From Candidatus Thorarchaeota archaeon (GTDB lineage: Archaea > Asgardarchaeota > Thorarchaeia > Thorarchaeales > Thorarchaeaceae), in contig JBHLRP010000056.1 of NCBI GenBank assembly GCA_048882485.1, positions 8,836 through 19,229 on the forward strand: a stretch of DNA of 10,394 bases, read 5' to 3'. The position numbers were made by a program, and so were the translations under genes. Below are positions 7,140 to 10,394 of the stretch, piece by piece; within the stretch, counting starts at the first letter, position 1; each line of letters starts with the position of its first letter. Under the pieces are notes generated by a model. It saw only the letters and a program-made list of their open reading frames with translations, made no database searches and had not been told where the DNA came from.

Positions 7140-8129
7140 TTATCGAGGACAATCAACTTCTCCAAGTATCTTTGAGACCAGTCTCTCTACGGACAGGCCC
7201 TCAAGTTCAGCTTCAGGCTTCAAGACCAGTCGATGATTCAGACACTGAACTGTCAATCTCCGAACATCTTCAGGTATCACATAGTCACGCCCATCCATCG
7301 CAGCTCGTGTCTTGGATGCGCTCATGAGGACCAATGATGCACGAGGCGATCCACCGAGGAGAATTTGGGGATCATTCCTTGTCCTTATGACGATATCACG
7401 GATGTAATTGATAATGTCCTCCTCGATGTATACAGTTTTACACGCATTCTGCATTCGTGCAATGGTTGTGGGATCAGCAAGGATCTGAAGGTCAGAAACC
7501 TCACCAATGTGCTTCCTTCGAATGACCTCTGCCTCTTCGGAGTCGGTGGGATAGTCCAGAATCAGCCTAAACATGAATCTGTCAAGCTGAGCCTCGGGAA
7601 GAGGATAGGTTCCTTCCTGTTCTACTGGATTCTGTGTCGCAATGATTAAGAAGGGTCTGGGAAGCTTCCTTGTGACTCCTTCTATTGAAACCTGTCGCTC
7701 CTCCATCACCTCAAGCAAAGCACTCTGAGACTTTGGAGGGCATCGATTGATTTCGTCTGCAAGCACGAGATTCGAGAATACTGGACCCTTTCGGTACCAG
7801 AACTCTCCTGTCCTCTGGTTGAACACATTGCTACCCAACAGGTCAGCTGGGAGCGTATCAACCGTGAGTTGTATTCTCTTAAACGCACAACCTAGAATGG
7901 ACGCGAACGTGCGCGCCATGTAGGTCTTCGCCAAACCAGGTACGCCCTCCAGCACAACATGTCCGTTTGATAAGAATGCTATGAGCACGTCACGGAGTAT
8001 ATCCTCCTTGCCGACGATGATCCTCCCACACTCACGGATGATTTCTGAGCTTAAGGTGTAGACCTCATCGATGCTCATTGGCTGAAGCACCTCAGCTGGT
8101 TCGGCACCGGTTGCTTCTTCTGTTGTCAT
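7140..8129 (-). CDS. moxR: MoxR-family AAA+ ATPase (MoxR proper subfamily)
   Basis: Walker A GHVVLEGVPGLAKT, Walker B LVLADEINR, QSALLEVMEERQVSIEG, ATQNPVEQEGTYPLPEAQLDRF, lid GGSPRAS and GRDYVIPEDV. SD GAGGT upstream. Confidence 0.96.
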   Translation of the reverse strand: MTTEEATGAEPAEVLQPMSIDEVYTLSSEIIRECGRIIVGKEDILRDVLIAFLSNGHVVLEGVPGLAKTYMARTFASILGCAFKRIQLTVDTLPADLLGSNVFNQRTGEFWYRKGPVFSNLVLADEINRCPPKSQSALLEVMEERQVSIEGVTRKLPRPFLIIATQNPVEQEGTYPLPEAQLDRFMFRLILDYPTDSEEAEVIRRKHIGEVSDLQILADPTTIARMQNACKTVYIEEDIINYIRDIVIRTRNDPQILLGGSPRASLVLMSASKTRAAMDGRDYVIPEDVRRLTVQCLNHRLVLKPEAELEGLSVERLVSKILGEVDCPR

Positions 8130-8146
8130 TTTTTCTACCTCACATT

Positions 8147-9556
8147 TTATTTAGTATCGATTAATTTGGTTTGAATGTCACGAAGTATGAAGAAGAGCGA
8201 CATCATCTCGTTCTCCTTCACCTTCATTCCAGGATTGGAGGCGATCTCCTCAATCCTATCGAATATCTTTTTGAAATTCTCCAAGCTGATGCCAGGGTCC
8301 TTGTATCGGAGGAGTTCATACACCTTCCTCAGATCGAACTCACGCCATTGATACTTCTTCACCATGGCCCTCTTCAGCTTACGGTATAACATCTTCACGA
8401 CCCGCCCATAGTTGCCCTCGCTACGGTAATACGACATCCGTTCGCTGAAGTAAGTTTGACCTCTTCTTAGAAAGACATCAGATACACTCTTCACTTCAGG
8501 CTTTTTGGGGTCGGGCAGATACTTACGGATGCCAAGTACTGTTACCAGAGGATATAGAGGGGCAAGAATTGGCATGCCGGACAGCCACAGCGCTCTTCCA
8601 AGATAGAGTCCAAAGAAGAACTCAGGCGATGACCAGGGCACCTCAAGAAGATTCTCACAAAACACAATGGGTCTATTTTCATCAGTGTCGCCACGCGCAA
8701 GCCAGTTGATTATGTTCAATCCGAATCGTAGATTGCCTCCGAAGTCCTCCACCATGTCATTGATGAATATGCTGGGATCGCTAACTGCAACCAATCGGCC
8801 AGCACTAGCTGCAAGCATATCGCCAAGGTCAATTGCCCCCGCAACAGGAAGGACGCCAGCCCATTCGTCTGGGTCTGGCCAGGCTTCATGGGTTTCAATG
8901 GAGGTGAGGTTCTTTTCACACCACGCACGCGGCGTCGTCCATGCAATTCCCATGTACCCCATAAGACTTGTAGGGGTTATAACAGATGCATAGTTCAAAT
9001 GGAGTGAACTCACACCCTGGGTCAGAATTGGGCCATAACCAGTAATACTATGAAAATCGGTCACTACTGGGAGTAGTGGGTTGGGACCATGCGAGTCTAG
9101 GTCATAGAGAACTCCTTGCGGAAAGTTGAGCACTCCAGTTAGATTGACTCCTCCTCCCTGCATTGCTCCTTGAAGAAGAAGGTTGAGTATAGTAAAGGAA
9201 CTGTTTGCCGTACCGAAGTCATCAGCAATTAAGACTCCTCCTCCTGCACTCAGGTGTTGAAATATAACTAATATTGTATCCACACTGAAGTCCACAACGG
9301 GACCTGTAATCACTAATGTAGCATTCCCTTCATATCGTCCTAACGTGCTCATCGATGCCTGGACTGTCTTTACCTTGTAGCCAAGACCTTCAATGGCATC
9401 ACGATATATGCTGAGGCCATTATACTCGTCATTGTAGATGCTGAAATCGTGCTGGTATGTTGCCTCTACATTGAATACACTAGTCCCTATGAGAACACCT
9501 ACTGGTGCCCAGCTCAGGATGAAGAGGATAACCTGCACGTATTCTTTCCAGCCCAT
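8147..9556 (-). CDS. DUF4350 domain membrane protein with C-terminal DUF4129-like helical domain
   Basis: N-terminal hydrophobic anchor. Motifs typical of archaeal DUF4350 proteins in MoxR clusters: FSIYNDEYNGLS, GGGVLIADDFGTANS, GRLVAVSDPSIFINDM...N. A second hydrophobic segment (LYLGRALW...LVTVLGIRKY) is followed by a charged helical tail (EGNYGRVVKMLYRKL). SD AGGTG upstream. Confidence 0.8.
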   Translation of the reverse strand: MGWKEYVQVILFILSWAPVGVLIGTSVFNVEATYQHDFSIYNDEYNGLSIYRDAIEGLGYKVKTVQASMSTLGRYEGNATLVITGPVVDFSVDTILVIFQHLSAGGGVLIADDFGTANSSFTILNLLLQGAMQGGGVNLTGVLNFPQGVLYDLDSHGPNPLLPVVTDFHSITGYGPILTQGVSSLHLNYASVITPTSLMGYMGIAWTTPRAWCEKNLTSIETHEAWPDPDEWAGVLPVAGAIDLGDMLAASAGRLVAVSDPSIFINDMVEDFGGNLRFGLNIINWLARGDTDENRPIVFCENLLEVPWSSPEFFFGLYLGRALWLSGMPILAPLYPLVTVLGIRKYLPDPKKPEVKSVSDVFLRRGQTYFSERMSYYRSEGNYGRVVKMLYRKLKRAMVKKYQWREFDLRKVYELLRYKDPGISLENFKKIFDRIEEIASNPGMKVKENEMMSLFFILRDIQTKLIDTK

Positions 9557-9571
9557 CGGTCACACCTAGAA

Positions 9572-9961
9572 CTATTCTGGCATTGCTCTTCCTTCAATTC
9601 GCGGGTATAGATCGCTGAATGTCTTGATTGCTAGCTCGTATCTTTCACGTGTAATCACATGGTTTGAGAAGCGAGCCTCTTCATATGATCTTATGAAGTC
9701 GTCAACAGCCACACCATCTAGCGGAATCACTTTCAGCACACGTTCTAAGAACTCGCGTGCAGTTTCAGACTGAGCACGTTCAGAGCCCGTCTTCATGCCG
9801 CACATCTGTTCGAAGGTACGATATGCCAGGGTAATAGCTGCATTGTACTTCCCAGCATCTGCAAGCTTCTTGATGTTACGGAGTTTCGCTGGAATATCGA
9901 CAGATGCGACCTTCGGCGTTCCTCCGCGGAAGAGCCTGCCAATCGATTCTCTAAAGCCCAT
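9572..9961 (-). CDS. Stand-alone DUF4129-like domain protein
   Basis: 129 aa with GKYNAAITLAY, SETAREF and YEEARFS, matching the DUF4129 pattern (Y...ETxREY...YExARY/FS). No TM segment, but a short possibly amphipathic N-terminus (MGFRESIGRLF). SD AGGTGA upstream. Confidence 0.82.
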   Translation of the reverse strand: MGFRESIGRLFRGGTPKVASVDIPAKLRNIKKLADAGKYNAAITLAYRTFEQMCGMKTGSERAQSETAREFLERVLKVIPLDGVAVDDFIRSYEEARFSNHVITRERYELAIKTFSDLYPRIEGRAMPE

Positions 9962-9974
9962 ATTTCATCACCTT

Positions 9975-10394
9975 CTATTCTGTGGTTGGTATCGCGTCAA
10001 TACGCGGGTAAAGATCTGTAAACACGCGCATCGCACCATCATAGGTCTCCTCTGTTATCTCATGATGGGAGAAGCGCGCTTCTTCGTAAGCCTGAAGCAG
10101 CTCATTCACAGAAGAGCTGTCCAATGGAATCTCCTTAAGAATTCGTGTTACGTAATCCCTCGCTGTTTCCGAATGGCGTCGAGGCTGTCCAGTCTTGGAT
10201 GCGCACATGTCCTCAAATGTGTGATAAGTCAGTGAGATCGCAGCGCCATATTTGCCGGCGTCTGCTAGCCTCTTGATGCTCCTCAACTTACTAGCCAAGT
10301 CTCTTGCCACGGAAACGAATGCACCTTTGCCAAAGCCTCTAACAAAGTATAGGTATAGCAGAAGGACCGCAACGGCAGCACCTATCGCGGCCAA
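9975..10394 (-). CDS. C-terminal part of a membrane-anchored protein ending in a DUF4129-like domain (5' end outside window)
   Basis: The frame is open to the window edge. A TM helix LAAIGAAVAVLLLYLYFV followed by a basic residue precedes GKYGAAISLTY...SETARDY...YEEARFS. The 'M' in the track is a TTG at the window edge and is probably not the real start. Confidence 0.82.
   Translation of the reverse strand: MAAIGAAVAVLLLYLYFVRGFGKGAFVSVARDLASKLRSIKRLADAGKYGAAISLTYHTFEDMCASKTGQPRRHSETARDYVTRILKEIPLDSSSVNELLQAYEEARFSHHEITEETYDGAMRVFTDLYPRIDAIPTTE

Noticed and set aside
5203-7888. Short alternative-frame or antisense ORFs (5203, 5692, 5820, 6082, 6351, 6389, 6744, 7365, 7706)
   Set aside because: All overlap the membrane-protein, DUF58 or moxR genes and have no independent evidence.
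7921-7950. Walker A reading GLAKT instead of GxGKT as a sign of an inactive ATPase
   Set aside because: PGLAKT is a normal variant in MoxR-proper ATPases, and Walker B, sensor and arginine-finger motifs are intact.
8171-10235. ORFs 8171..8389, 8667..8993, 8716..8946 and 9795..10235
   Set aside because: These are antisense or out-of-frame shadows of the DUF4350 and DUF4129 genes.

Overview
Gene-dense archaeal chromosomal segment, most likely from an Asgard archaeon of the Thorarchaeia. The assignment rests on a profilin gene at the left edge (minus strand, 371..<1) that is missing from the ORF track because its stop codon lies outside the window. After profilin come a divergently transcribed DUF167/UPF0235 gene and a TTG-initiated OPT-family transporter on the plus strand. 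These converge on a tightly packed minus-strand operon of at least 7 genes. In transcription order: a membrane protein ending in a DUF4129-like domain (5'-truncated), a stand-alone DUF4129-like paralog, a DUF4350 membrane protein with a third, divergent DUF4129-like tail, a MoxR AAA+ ATPase, a DUF58/VWA protein, an uncharacterised ~7-TM protein with a very charged tail (probably CTG-initiated), and a DHH/DHHA1 phosphoesterase. I saw no RNA genes, mobile elements or CRISPR arrays. All family assignments come from motif recognition by eye, not from database searches.
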